A stretch of DNA of 63,918 nt, the filler included, from Phoronis australis (lineage: Eukaryota; Animalia; Phoronida), in NCBI GenBank assembly GCA_002633005.1. It is 6 parts of 6 records of this genome, joined end to end, with 100 filler letters (N's around TTAATTAATTAA, not from the genome) between each part and the next. Parts side by side here need not be neighbours in the genome. Positions count along the whole stretch, not along the records: positions 1 to 13,720 come from NMRA01001576.1; positions 13,821 to 18,122 come from NMRA01002628.1; positions 18,223 to 41,491 come from NMRA01000472.1; 3 more parts are not named here. One strand, 5' to 3'. Position numbers and translations under genes: made by a program. Positions within the stretch are counted from its first letter, which is position 1. The number at the start of each line of letters is the position of its first letter. The notes under the pieces are model-generated. The model did no database searches. It had not been told where the DNA came from and was given only the letters and a program-made list of their open reading frames with translations. Of the stretch, positions 11,961 through 25,875 are shown in pieces.

Positions 11961-13720
11961 TATTTTATATGCGTGTGCAGGCATTGGTATTTCTGGACTT
12001 TGTATCCCATCAGAATGCATCGGAACATCGGTTTTTAAAGTGAGGGTTAATATAAGTGGCAAAAAACAAAAGTATCATTGATGACAAAAACCATATTCAA
12101 GTAAGTTATTTATAAATACAAAAGAGCCTGAATACCAATACCACCTAACTTTGCACGACATATAATATGTTAACGATGTTTCTACAAACGTTGAGAATTG
12201 TGCTATCAATTTTATCATTGTGATATCATTTGAGCACAGTATGTGAAAAGGCAGATATCATTATGATGTGTTTTCAATACTTTTACAGTCAAATTTAACA
12301 TTTGCCCAAGTTTTACATGTTTCTGTACCTTGGAAATCTATTGAAAGTACATGTAGGCAAAATACTGATTAACCTGCAATTCCAGGAATCTGGAGTGCAA
12401 CGATATTTAGATTCTTATCCCTACTCTGGTACCATGGCAGTCGTGAACATCACTAAGAAAACTACCCAAATCGCAATTCTTTGGTAAATTTTTGTATATC
12501 ACTTTTTGCCAGTGGACGTAGCAAGACAAAATGGCATTGTTTTGTTGATTTTCTTTATTTTTGTGAGGGTAAGCCCCATCGAGTATGCTTTCTGTAAGCA
12601 ATGCTTTTGATGTGTCGTGAGACCGGGTGTTCACAAGGTTGTTGACCAGGCCACTGATAATGTCAAAATTAACCACTCGAACTGCGCATTTAGTCTTGAA
12701 GTAATATTTTTGTCTGGACACGATTTCCAGAGATAATAGAGTCAAGCTACGGAAAGGTAAGTTAATTCTCGGTGCAGAATCCCTAACACGTGTGTTCCTG
12801 AGTTGACCCATTGCTGGCCGTCAGGCACTATGAGTTATCGTTGTTATCTATGGTGATTATAGTGGGAGTAAACGTAGAGATCTTGAATAATTATTTTCAA
12901 TGAATTTGCAACCAAAATGCAAGCGATGTGCCGCCGTCATTTCAACGTTTGTAGCACGTGGTAACGTGCACTGCAGCTCGACTAGCAAATCAAAACATGA
13001 TCTACTGTAAATTATCAGTGAAATGAGAAAACCTCAAAATTCGTATCCCTATTATGACATAGTTGTTTCTTTTAATGTTTTATTGTGCACAGTTTTTAGC
13101 TGTGTTCGTGAATGGAAATGTTAAAATTGTTCCCTAGTAATGACAGGTATGGAAAACATAGTTAGACAAAAGAGAATCCGTTCATACCCATTGACTCCTA
13201 TAAAGGTGTGCAATATAATGCCAAACCAATCAATGGATACGGCTTTTATTCTTGTTTCCGTAGTCTCAACACCTTATTTTGTCAGAACTTTCATGTATCC
13301 CGAGGACACTTTGTTCGCACTGAAAAACAAGTTACTTGTAAGGACTATTAAATATACATTCAGACTGCCAATTGGTGAGACAATTTCCAAAGGTGTTTTT
13401 ATCGCACACAAACGTTCAACAACGTTGCCTAAGGCGTATTTTGCATAGAAGGTTAATATGAAATAAATACACAAGTACAAAGCGAGTGTACAAGTACACC
13501 CAAGCCCAGGAATTCGAGTCTTCCAGTTGTTTATCTTTGCTCGGCTAGATGTGTGCAAATTTGTCCTCACACCAAACTGCAATTAGACGTCAGTCATTTT
13601 TGGTTACAGCTGTTAGCCATCGAATTTATACCGTCCATCCTTTCTGTATGGCTGCACAGAAACAAAAATGTCACGGTCGGACAATGAATGTCTTTTTGCA
13701 GTCACAAGTATAAAGAACAG

Positions 13721-13820
13721 NNNNNNNNNNNNNNNNNNNNNNNNNNNNNNNNNNNNNNNNNNNNTTAATTAATTAANNNNNNNNNNNNNNNNNNNNNNNN
13801 NNNNNNNNNNNNNNNNNNNN
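13721..13820. other. Artificial assembly linker N44-TTAATTAATTAA-N44; identical linkers at 18123-18222, 41492-41591, 60627-60726 and 62485-62584
   Basis: Exactly 100 nt each, with a core that places stop codons in all six frames. Confidence 0.95.
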
Positions 13821-14215
13821 TAGACTGAGCTCGAGCTAGGACCGGTAGTGGACGAGGGGGGGAAACACGTTCCGTTTTTTTTAGTCCAACTACAGATTTC
13901 CTTAGCAGAAGGTATACATCCTCGGCGCCCGCAACTTCCGGGCCGCCTGCGTGCATACAATCGCGCTTTGCCCGCTTCTCCGAGGATGTCCGACGGGCCC
14001 CCCTCATGGTATCCTAGATCAGTCACTGAAAATGCTACTTGAGACAGAGCTATGAGAGCTTGAAGCAGGGTGCTATTGATGGTGATCGGGAGGTCAGTAG
14101 ATTTTTCACTGACCCGTCACTCGGCGAAACGTTACCCTCTCAGAAGGCCGCACAGGCATCTTTCCCCTCGGATATGAACGACACCTCTGAAGAAACATGA
14201 TAACTATGCTGGTTC

Positions 14216-14353
14216 CAGGGGGATCCAGAATTTTGATTTGGGGGGGGCAAGACAGAGTATTAGCCAGGATTTTGCCCGTCAGACATTCGCGCTCCTGAAC
14301 TGCCAAATGGAATCTGGGATCGCCCCCTTGGTTCCCTTCTAAATCCGCCACTG
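14216..14353. mobile_element. Short hAT-like MITE (CAGGGGGATCCAG...CTAAATCCGCCACTG); another right end of the family lies at ~14014-14028
   Basis: Terminal inverted motifs shared with 5521-5727, 3467-3669 and 55306-56314; no TSD recognisable. Confidence 0.55.
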
Positions 14354-16024
14354 TGTTGTGTCCATAAAACTGAAATTGAGCTCTAAAACGAGGTTAAGCT
14401 TTGGACGAAAGAATAAGGTGTTTTAATTTTAAAATTTAACTTGGTCGAGATTTATATTTGAAAAATATAACAGGTGAAATAGACGTAATTATTAAAACCA
14501 AGAAAGCAGAATTGATGGTCATACATGTATAATTTTTATTTTCAATATCGAGCCTGGTTTTTTATCGTAATCAAATACATATTTAATAACATCAAGTATT
14601 ATTTCAGATCAATATCAAATTAACTTTAAGTCCCGGTACTCAAGCTGTAGTGCCTACCTCACCAGGACCTAGGCTATGCTTGAAGTTAATAGGCCTACTC
14701 TTAATCAAAAAATTAAACCAGATGTGACTAACTGCACGTGACAGCAAAATGCTATGAGCCACCACTGTCGAATATATCTTCAACTCGTCACCAATACGAC
14801 CAGATGACCTGGTTCGTGTAGGAAGCATTTTTATCAAGAATTTATTAGAAGAAACGTAACCCTGCATTCAACATGATACCTAATCCGTAACACTACGATC
14901 GCCGCAATTTGGTCATGTTTACTTTTCATGTTTCGAACCTAGTTTTCCGGAAAAAAACTTATATTCTTTCGTCAGACAACTCTTTGGTGCATTGACTTGT
15001 TCTTTAACTGTATTTTTCTACGTCTCTGTGGTTAATTATTGACACATTTTTAAGATTTAATTTTCAGGTTGGACTCCAAAGACCGGCCATTTACTCACGC
15101 AATGTAAAATTCCGCTTTGTTTATCGCAGTGAGCCTCGCTTTGGATTTTAATGTCCGCCGCGCGAATTGGGTCTATGAAACACAGACCTGTATGTGTACC
15201 GAGTGCGGACTTGTTTCTCAGAAAACCTGTATGAATGGGCAATTGTTGCTCGCTTGTTAGCCACACATTTGGTGATCAAAAGAGCCCACAAGTACATGTA
15301 AGCACGGACGGTAAAATGAGAATGTGTTTATCGTAAGTGCGTTGAACTTAAGACAGGTAGTAGTTTTAATTCTTCCTTTTTACAATTATTGACATGATAA
15401 CTACACCGTCGAACGATTTAATCTACAAACCATAACGCTGCCAACGGTATTGCTGCGACGAAGGGCAACAGGTCGAATCAAACTGCATTCAGCTGCGCAG
15501 TCTCCTTCTGGTGTCATACCGCCGTTATTCTGTCAATTGAAATTAAGATCAGGTGAAGAACAAACGACACAGAATAAAAATGATTAATTCTAACTACAGT
15601 GCAATAACAGAGAGTGCACACGAAGGAAACGATGCATGTAGGTAACAAACTCATGGAATGACAGGTTGGATTAATGTTTCGTGATAGCCAACGTCATGTG
15701 CCAGGTTTTGTAGGTACGAACAGGCTGCTGTACGTGGACGTGAAGTGAGCATTGCTGTGTCGTCCAAAGTTACTTTTGAGCCTAAAAAGAATACCTTAAA
15801 GACGCCAATTTGTCATGCAAGTCAAAGTCAATATTCACGTCTTTTAGAGAATTGTAAGGCCAAAACTTTCCTCGAGCAAAATTAATTATCTCTCACTTCC
15901 TTTTTACAACTACTGACTTCATCTAAACTGACGTAACAATTCATACCAAAATAGTTACAACCGACCCAAATATATTTGAAAAATTACGAGGATAGGAAGG
16001 CAGACGAAAGAACATACGAGCAAT

Positions 16025-16782
16025 AGACAGGCCACTAGGGGCGTAAACTAGATCAAATATATCTAAAACAGGACTGGTGTTGTTGTCTACTTGATAATAA
16101 TTAAGTCAAATTTAATGGAAATACGTCAAGGAACATCGTACATTTTAAGGCAAAAGCAAAAAAATTGCCACTGGAGGTTTCCGAAGTTGTCGGATTTGTT
16201 CAAAAGTCCACATCAGTTGCTCTATTCTCATAAGAAACACAAACATGTCAAATTTCATGAAGATTCATCAGCCACGAGTAAAAAATACCCATGAGGGCGC
16301 CACATCAGTCGGATCCGTTAAAAAGAAATACCCAGCAATGCTCTTCCACGTTAGAACAGTTACGTCAATTTTAATGACGATCCTTAGAATGATTTGGTCT
16401 ACAGCGTGACACGCGCTCACAACCAGGCTCGAAAATAATGAAAATGACCCCTAGGTGGAACACAATGCTATCCGTCCGAAAATCGCAAAGTCTCATCGTG
16501 TCCTTAATAGAAACCCTTTTGCAAAGTTTAATTACAATAGGTCAAGGAACTCCGAAAACACAGCGGCAAATTAAAAAAAAAAAAAAAAAAAAAATTGCAA
16601 CCATAGCTGGCACACCGGTAGTCGAATCCGTCCGAAGATTCGCTCATACAATTCGAGCATTGATGGGGACGTGAATACCAAAACAAACACCTATCAAGAG
16701 GTTTTGGAGATACGACAGCAGACGCCGGACAGAAGGGCGGACGAGGATGACGGTGTCTGCACTCACACGAATACGGTATAAA
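16025..16782 (-). mobile_element. Diverged Helentron/DINE-1-like (HINE) element, same family as 18223-19930
   Basis: On the minus strand it begins TTTATACCGTAT, followed by a (CGTC)-type tract and CCGGCGTCTGCTG..TATCTCCAAAACC matching ~18232-18262, then degenerate ~140-160-bp monomers. Confidence 0.65.
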
Positions 16783-16784
16783 TA

Positions 16785-16815
<31 letters not shown>

Positions 16816-18222
16816 ATATATATACATGTATATATATAACGGTATGTTCCCTATTATCCCCATTGCATCGAGCGAGTGTCGTCCATCACGGTGTAACTGC
16901 GCCGGTGTGACAGAGTTACTGAAGGGTGGGAGTATAGAACATCAAGATTTTGAATAATCTAGCATTTTTGGATAACATACGACTGCACGGGGTACCAGAA
17001 CAAGGAAGTGCGTAGTGTCTCAATATTTTAAAATTTAACGTCCTCTTTAAACCCCTTTATAGTGACGACTGGTGACAATCAAACAAACATTGTGGTGTGG
17101 GCTTAAAATTCGAGCTTACGATCTCAAAACTTGACTGTGTTAGCCCACCGAGCTCAAAACCTCCCGATGGGAACGTTTTGGTGTCTTGTAGATAACTCAC
17201 CCTTTTCACTTTGTCCAACAATGTTAGAACCTTGCCCTTCAGACTAATTGCCTTGGTTTGCATTTTATTACTAAAGGTCTCTTCACCTTGTGCGCTGCAG
17301 TTGAATGCGAAATTACGAGTTGTAATTTCTGTAAAAAAGCAAAGCAGGATGCATTTTGGAAATGTCACAACCATACCAACGATCAGAAGCTGCTGGAATG
17401 ACCTACACCGCGGATGACAGGACTATTTGAGTGTAATTCATGGATCCAGAGCATTGCTTTGATACCCTTATGAGGTATATATAGAACCTAGACATATAAA
17501 ATGACTACGAAGTTAATTGTATTTCTGTAGTTCTAGCATTCCGTCTTGTTTCCAAATTTATGCAAATGTACATGTACTCGACAGAAAGGTTGTCATTCCA
17601 ACAATTAAAGAACTGAATTTGTCAAAATCTTAATGATCTTCCAACTTTTAAGACAAATAATCCCGAACACTTAAGCAGTCTCTTAACAATAAGATGTTGA
17701 CATGACAGTCAAGCGATAAGTGCTTCGTGTTTCCAAAAGCATGTTTAGCAAATGGAAATCGGGAATAAATCTCAAATTTCTTTCAACCATTTTAATTTTG
17801 TGATACTTGTTACAATTTCAGTGAAAAATCACCGTTTGGAACACACCAAGTGACGGGGCCACATATGCGGCGCTGGATGCGCTTGCTCTGCGTACCAAAC
17901 GGTTTTGCAAATGACCTATCGCCGGAATTTTGAGTGACGACTTAAGCGACCAATTAGAACGCAGCATTCTTGACACACCTTCGTTTCCAAGCCGCCATTT
18001 TACCCGACAAACAACACGTTACTGGGTAAAACTTTTTGTTTTTTTATCGACATTTCGAAAGGGTGCGGAGCTGTCAATTGTCAATATACGGTTTCATGGT
18101 TTTCAAAAAAATGTATGTTCGGNNNNNNNNNNNNNNNNNNNNNNNNNNNNNNNNNNNNNNNNNNNNTTAATTAATTAANNNNNNNNNNNNNNNNNNNNNN
18201 NNNNNNNNNNNNNNNNNNNNNN

Positions 18223-19930
18223 CGGCGTCCGTCCGGCGTCTGCTGCTTTATCTCCAAAACCCTTTGACATACGTTCATGAAATTTGGCACATATGTTCCA
18301 TTCATGAATGGGACGGCATGTGCAAACTTTGGACGGATCCGACTACCGGTATGCCCCCTAGTGGCAATTTTAGTTTTTTACGCTTACCTTTGTATCTTCA
18401 AAAGTCCTGAACGGATTTTCATGAAATTTGGTATGTAGGCACCTATTAGTAAGATGACGCTACCCTGCCGTTTTCAGATGGATTCAACATAGTTTGCGCC
18501 ACCTAGTGGCCATTTTTAGTGTTTTTGAGTCTGGTTTTGTGCGTCCACCCCTCTATCAACCAAACCGCTCAAAGGATGATTGTGAAAATTGGCATGTATA
18601 TGCTTACTATGTAGAGGACGGTTGATGATGATTTTCAGACGATTTAGACTACTGTGGCGCCTCCTAGTGGCAGTTTTGTTTTTTTTTGCGCCTATGGCTG
18701 TATCTCCTAAACCGTTGGCAGGATCTTTACGAAATTTAATAAGTGTATTTATATTATGTTAACAACAGACGATGACGACTTTTGGACGGTTCCGCCTACC
18801 AGTGTGCCCCCCTAGTGGCAATTTTATTTTTTACGTTTACCTCTGTATCTTCACAAGTCCTTAACGGATTTTCATGAAATTTGGTATGTTGGCACCTATT
18901 AGTGCGATGACGCTATCCTCCCGTTTTCGGATGGATTCGACCTAGTTTGCGACACCCAGTGGCCATTTTTACTGTTTTTGAGTCTGTTTTTCGGCATCCA
19001 CCCCTTTATCAACCAAACCGCTATAAGTATGATTGTGAAAATTGGCATGTATGTTCTTACTATGAAAAGGACGGGTGACGCTGAATTTCCCATGACTTTG
19101 ATTACTGTGGCGCCTCCTAGTGGCAGTTTTTTTGCACCCATGGCTGTATTTCCCAAACCGTTTGCAGGATCTTTACTAAATTTAGCAAGTGTATTTATGT
19201 GATGTTGACAACGGACGATGACGACTTTAGGATGATTCTGACTACCAGTATGCCTCTAGTGGCAATTTTAGTATTTTACATTGACCTCTGCATTTTCATA
19301 GGTCTTCAGGTGTATACTTTGTGAACTTTGTGTTACTTCGTGACTATGAAGGAAAAGTTCCAAGTAGAAATTTGTTTCTGGCATTCTAATGCTGTGCTAA
19401 ACTCGTATGTTGGTAAATTTGTTTTTAATTCTATGTTTCTGTGGTGCTTTAAGCAACTGATGTATAGGATGTGCTTGTATTATGAAGATCACTCACATTT
19501 TGCCCCTAGCCTATTGAGGAGACAATGACCATGCCTTTCCATTTTGCAAAGTACAACATACTACATATATGCCCTCTACTGGCCACTTTATGGTAGAGCC
19601 TACCAATAAAATCCCTAGAAGGATACCGTATACGGTGCAATTGTGGGCGCATTTCAACGCTCTGCGTTGCTCTTGTTTATTTTGACATCCGCCCCTCTAT
19701 CATCCAAATCACTCTAAGGATGATTGTGAAACTTGGCATATATGTTCCTAGTGTGAAGAGGCCGGTTGACGATAACTTTCCGACGACTTCGATTACTGTG
19801 GCATGACGATGACATGTTCTGTTTTGGGATGGATTGGACGTATTTTGCACCATCTGGTGGCCACTTTTATGATACAAATATACACCCCCAGTATTCGCGG
19901 ACTAATTTCAACGCTGCACGTCGCTCCTTT
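18223..19930 (+). mobile_element. Helentron/DINE-1-like non-autonomous element with an internal ~150-bp tandem array arranged as ~453-bp trimers
   Basis: (CGTC)n start; monomers with (A)TGAAATTTGG and CCxCCTAGTGGC; subTIR-like ATACCGTATACGGT (19623-19636); 3' stem-loop CAACGC-TCT-GCGTTG followed by CTCTTGTTT (19678); a partial second 3' segment runs to ~19930. Confidence 0.75.
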
Positions 19931-20443
19931 TTCAGTTTTCAAGGGATTCTAACACTGTTGTAAATGCCCAGAAATTTTCAAAACTTTGTCTGGTGGTAGC
20001 TGAGTTACAAAATTGAATATGGAAAATCATTTAATTTGGTGCTACGTATCTTTCTTGGAAATATTATGAAACAAAATTTCACCTATTGGCCATTTTGTGT
20101 CCTAAGTTGACGAGGTTTTACCGTAATAATCTTTGAATGGACTTGAATACTTGGAGTGGTGGTTATAGGACTGTGTGACAGTTAACTTCTCACCAGGACC
20201 CTTTGTCATTGTATGGGTTCATGTGGAACAGTTTCAGCAAATGATTCTGATCACATCGGAAAGAATATGTTGTTCTATGTTATTGTTTACAAGGGACTGT
20301 TGTGGAGTCTCTCGTAACAACAACTGCATCAATTAAATGTGTCACAAGCCCCATGAAAATGGACAATACCTTAAACAGTACACACCATGGATTTTTGCAC
20401 ATTTTGAATTACCGGTGGCCACAGACTAAATGTATGACGTAAA

Positions 20444-23400
20444 TATATAATAAACCATTCTAACTAATTGTGCCATATAAGGTAAGTGTAGTTCCAGTAC
20501 AAATCATAATACTATTACATCCCCTTTTCTTTGAAAAACAAGAAAGTAGCACTAAGAAACCTAAAGTAACAATTGTTAACCACGATAAACAAATTACCAT
20601 CCTAACAGATGTTTCACTCAACAAGACTATCAGCTAAGTGCTAAAATAATAAACAAATAGTATCTAACCAAACCATAACAGACTAATCAAACTACAAAAG
20701 TTGCTATTCTTGCAAACTGATACTCAGCAATACACACTTACTAACTGTCAAGAGGTTATATAATCATTAAACCTGGAGGGTTTCTTGATTTCCCTTCCTG
20801 TCCTTGTAATTACAGGTTTTGATTTAATCTCTGGTGAATCATTATCAGTGTCATTTGTTGATTGAATAGGATTGTGTGTTTGTTTGACTTTGTGAGGAAA
20901 TGCACTGGGCAAATTAGGCTGTACAGAATGTGGAGATTCTGCAGTGAACAGTAACATTTGTCGATTGCGACGATACTCTCGCGCTTCATCACCTGATTTG
21001 ACAATGTAAGATGTATCAGAATGTTGGTTAACCTGCTGGTTCCCAAACACTCTTAGTTTTCATGCGCAATGCTTGTTCAGACTCAGAATTGTTTAACGCT
21101 GGCAATGGTTTAGTATTTCTGTCGTAATACTTCTTTTGTCTCATTTGATAATTGGACAGGTGTGAATGTACTTCATCAGGGTTAATTGCTTCAGGTTTCA
21201 GCAATGCATTCGAAGTAGGCAATAATGTCCTGGTACGTCTACCCATTAATCTTTGAACTGGGGACCCAATAATACCATCTCTTGGTGTATTTCTCAAATC
21301 TAAAAAAGCCAAATATATATCACCATTTGTTTCACTTGTTTTCTTTATCAATTGCTTGATAACATGAACAGATTTCTCTGCAAGGCCATTTGCCTGCTGG
21401 TGACCTGGAGATGATGTTATATGGATAATACCATAGTTTTCCACAAATTCTCTGAATTCTAAACTAGAAAACTGAGGCCCATTATCTGTCACTAACTTCT
21501 CCATAATGCCATAACGTGCAATATTTGCTTTGATATGCTTAATCACTGTAAATGCATTCGTAGAAGGTAATGGGGACACTTCAATGAATCCTGAATAATA
21601 ATCTACCATCAACAGGTAGTGTCTGTTTCCATATTCAAACAAATCACATGCAACTGTGTTTCATGGAAGAATAGGTTTCTCAAACAATTTCATTGGCTCT
21701 TTCGGCTGGTAGTTTCGATGTTTCAAACATGCAGCACATCTGCACACATTTGTTTGTTCATACCCGGCCAAAATATAATATCACGAGCTCTTTGTTTTGT
21801 CCGTGTCATTCCCGTATGTGATTGGTGTAGCACACGTAACATGTGCCGACGGAGCGTAGTGGGAATACATACCCTATCTGCTCTGAAAACAATACCATTG
21901 TAAGTAGCTAATTGATCTCTGCAATCCCAATAAGGTAATGCGATGTGAGGTACTTGTGACCTATGTTCTGGCCAACCATTCAAAATTAACTGCTCTACAC
22001 ACTGCAGTTCATCATCATCGCATGTTGCCATAGCAATTTTATCATGCATACAATTTGCTAGAGTATCAACTTTACAAACCATGAGCTCATCATCCATGAT
22101 AGCATAATTGTCATCACCATTGTGAGGTAATCTACTCAAACAATCAGCTAAACCAATAGTAGTACCTTTTTTGTACACCAGATTGAATGAGTATGGTTGA
22201 AGTTTCAGCATCATTCTTTGAATTCTCATCGGAGACATGCCTATTGGCTTCTTAAATAAACTCTCTAAAGGTTTATGGTCTGATTCAATTGTGACTTCAG
22301 GCATACCGTAAATCAACTTGTGAAATCGAATGCACCCAAAACATACAGCTAACATCTCTTTCTCTATTTGAGCATATCGCTGTTCTGTGGGTGTTAGNNN
22401 NNNNNNNNNNNNNNNNNNNNNNNNNNNNNNNNNNNNNNNNNNNNNNNNNNNNNNNNNNNNNNNNNNNNNNNNNNNNNNNNNNNNNNNNNNNNNNNNNNNN
22501 NNNNNNNNNNNNNNNNNNNNNNNNNNNNNNNNNNNNNNNNNNNNNNNNNNNNNNNNNNNNNNNNNNNNNNNNNNNNNNNNNNNNNNNNNNNNNNNNNNNN
22601 NNNNNNNNNNNNNNNNNNNNNNNNNNNNNNNNNNNNNNNNNNNNNNNNNNNNNNNNNNNNNNNNNNNNNNNNNNNNNNNNNNNNNNNNNNNNNNNNNNNN
22701 NNNNNNNNNNNNNNNNNNNNNNNNNNNNNNNNNNNNNNNNNNNNNNNNNNNNNNNNNNNNNNNNNNNNNNNNNNNNNNNNNNNNNNNNNNNNNNNNNNNN
22801 NGACCCAATAATACCATCTCTTGGTGTATTTCTCAAATCTAACAAAGCCAAATATATATCACCATTTGTTTCACTTGTTTTCTTTATCAATTGCTTGATA
22901 ACATGAACAGATTTCTCTGCAAGGCCATTTGCCTGCTGGTGACCTGGAGATGATGTTATGTGGATAATACCATAGTTTTCCACAAATTTTCTGAATTCTA
23001 AACTAGAAAACTGAGGCCCATTATCTGACACTAACTTCTCCATAATGCCATAACGTGCAATATTTGCTTTGATATGCTTAATCACTGTAAAAGCATTCGC
23101 AGAAGGTAATGGGGAAACTTCAATGAATCCTGAATAATAATCTACCATCAACAGGTAGTGTCTGTTTCCATATTCAAACAAATCACATGCAACTGTGTTC
23201 CATGGAAGAATAGGTTTCTCAAACAATTTCATTGGCTCTTTTGGCTGGTAGTTTCGATGTTTCAAACATGCAGCACATCTGCTAATCATATCTTCAATTT
23301 GTTTGTTCATACCCGGCCAAAATATAATATCACGAGCTCTGTGTTTTGTCCGTGTCATTCCCGTATGTGATTGGTGTAGCACACGTAACATGTGCCGACG

Positions 23401-25547
23401 GAGCGTAGTGGGAATACATACCCTATCTGCTCTGAAAACAATACCATTGTAAGTAGCTAATTGATCTCTGCAATCCCAATAAGGTAATGGGATGTGAGGT
23501 ACTTGTGACCTATGCTCTGGCCAACCATTCAAAATTAACTGCTCTACACACTGCAGTTCATCATCAACGCATGTTGCCATAGCAATTTTATCATGCATAC
23601 AATTTGCTAGAGTATCAACTTTACAAACCATGAGCTCATCATCCATGATAGCATAATTGTCATCACCATTGTGAGGTAATCTACTCAAACAATCAGCTAA
23701 ACCAATAGTAGTACCTTTTTGTACACCAGATTGAATGAGTATGGTTGAAGTTTCAGCATCATTCTTTGAATTCGCATCGGAGACATGCCTATTGGATTCT
23801 TAAATAAACTCTCTAAAGGCTTATGGTCTGATTCAATTGTGACTTCAGGCATACCGTAAATCAACTTGTGAAATCGAATGCACCCAAAACATACAGCTAA
23901 CATCTCTTTCTCTATTTGAGCATATCGCTGTTCTGTGGGTGTTAGCACCCTAGAGGCATAAGCAACAATGCCATCATCCTGAATCACTGCTGCACCTAAT
24001 CCCTTGGTGCTAGCATCAACACTTAGTGTAATTGGTTTGTTGACATCTAAGTATTTTAATACGTGGGTGTTACACAAAGCTTCTTTGATACTTGAAAAAG
24101 CTTTCGATTCCGCTTCGCCCCACTTCCAAGTGCATGCATTTTTCATTCGCAATGGAGCACTCAATTGACTCAAGTTTGGGATAAATTTGGACACATATGC
24201 AATCATTCCCAACGCTGACTGCAGTTCTTGTTCATTGATTGGTTCTGGCATATTAACAATAGCCTGAATTCTCTCTTGGGATGGTTTTACACCATCTGGG
24301 GTCAAAACATGACCCACGTAACTAACTTGGGGTTGACTAATCTTAGTCTTATTTAGATTCAATTTTAATCCTTGTTTTCTGGCTATCTCAAGTACAGCTG
24401 TGAGCCGTTCATCATGCTCTTGAGGTGTTTTGCCATGAATTAGAATATCATAAATCACAATTTCTACTCCCGAAATGAGACCAAACATACTTTGCATAGC
24501 CCTTTGATAAATTTCTGGGGAACTCTTCAAGCCCATTGGCAACCTAAGATGCCTGTATCGCCCAAATGGGGTATTAAATGCTGTATAGTAAGAACTTTGC
24601 TCACTCAGCCTGATTTGGTAATAACCCATGTTTGCATCAAGTACACTGAAAATTTCACTCCCATGTAACCTGGTTACAATATCATCAATTGAACTCATCG
24701 GGTGGTGTTCACGCAAAATAGCCTTATTTAAGCTCGAGGGATCAATGCACAACCTGACTCTATTATTGCGTTTCCGAACACATACTAACGGAGATACCCA
24801 AGGTGTTGGCTCTGTGACTTTTGCAATAATGCCACACCTTTCTAAATGATCTAATTCCAGTTTTACCTACTCTCTGATAGCAGCGGGAACTGGTCTGGGA
24901 GGGTGAACTACTGGCGATATAGACGAATCTATCTGAATATCGTATTCCCCTGGAATACACCCGATTGTTTCTTCAAATACATCACTGTATTTTTTACAAA
25001 ACTGCCATGACTTGCATTTTGTTTCTGAGAGTCGACTTCAAATACTCTCTGGACCACATTTAATTTAACACTGTCATCACGACCTAATAAATCAACTTGT
25101 TTCTTGTTGTCCAATACAAGAAACTCTAGCATATGTCTTTCATTCTTATAAACAGCTGGCAGTACAATTTTTCCATACGCTTTATGTGGTTTGCCATGAA
25201 TACCATTGATCATAACGTTGCTGTGTTTTAACAGGTGTTCCCTACCTAACTTTCTGAGTGTAACTAGTGACAATACATTGCAATCNTGAACAAAAAAAAT
25301 CGCCAACTCCTGACACCATGTAATGGCTTGTGGAGAAAGGAGTGAAGAAGACGTCTTTACTAGAACACTACTTTATTGCGGACTGACTAACTACTCTTCA
25401 ACAACATGTTTTTGCAATACACAAGACCACATGCATATGAGTCACATTTCATAGAACTGTTTGGCAAGACTTATATAATAAACCATTCTAACTAATTGTG
25501 CCATATAAGGTAAGTGTAGTTCCAGTACAAATCATAATACTATTACA
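20444..25547 (-). mobile_element. Gypsy (Ty3) LTR retrotransposon, PR-RT-RNaseH-IN order; gag missing at a contig break; RH-IN region assembled twice
   Basis: 5' LTR 25319-25547 (TGTAAT...ATTACA); PBS TGGTGTCAGGAGT (tRNA-Leu-like) next to it; PPT AAAGAAAAGGGGA before the 3' LTR remnant 20444-20519. Motifs: RT LDANMGYYQI / RLPMGL, RH VDAS / YAQIEKE / SDHKPL, IN HHCC region, DNGPQF and NGLAE. Frameshifts present. Confidence 0.95.
23697..24752 (-). pseudogene. Gypsy pol: reverse transcriptase and RNase H segment
   Basis: ORF track 351 aa; the expected xxDD catalytic motif reads VIYD; frameshifted into the integrase ORF at ~23715. Confidence 0.9.
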
Positions 25548-25875
25548 GGCCCACCGACTAAGGAGAGGACGTAAAGTGCACAGCACATTTCTTTGAAAAG
25601 CACTGATTGCATCCTCGCCGGGCTCCGCCCACAAAAAGAGTCAGCGATTTCCTCAAAGATACTATATCCCATAAAATCTTTGATTTCCTACTACACTCTA
25701 AATACTGTGGCAGGCACAACCGAAGCCTGCGTAAACACATTGATATAAACCGCCATTTATAATGAAAGCAAGTTGTACGTCTGGATGTGCGCGTGTTAAT
25801 ACACGCTTGTGTATGTAATTTCATGCGTCTCCTACCTGCACCTTTTTCTGTCTGTACTATTTGCGATCAACGTGT

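Noticed and set aside
17057-17374. Tigger/CENP-B-like HTH start (KAISLKGKVLTLLDKV)
   Set aside because: Single short resemblance with no downstream transposase motifs or TIRs.
21263-23945. Retrotransposon with two integrase domains
   Set aside because: The duplicates flank an N gap and are near-identical; most likely two haplotypes or copies assembled in tandem.
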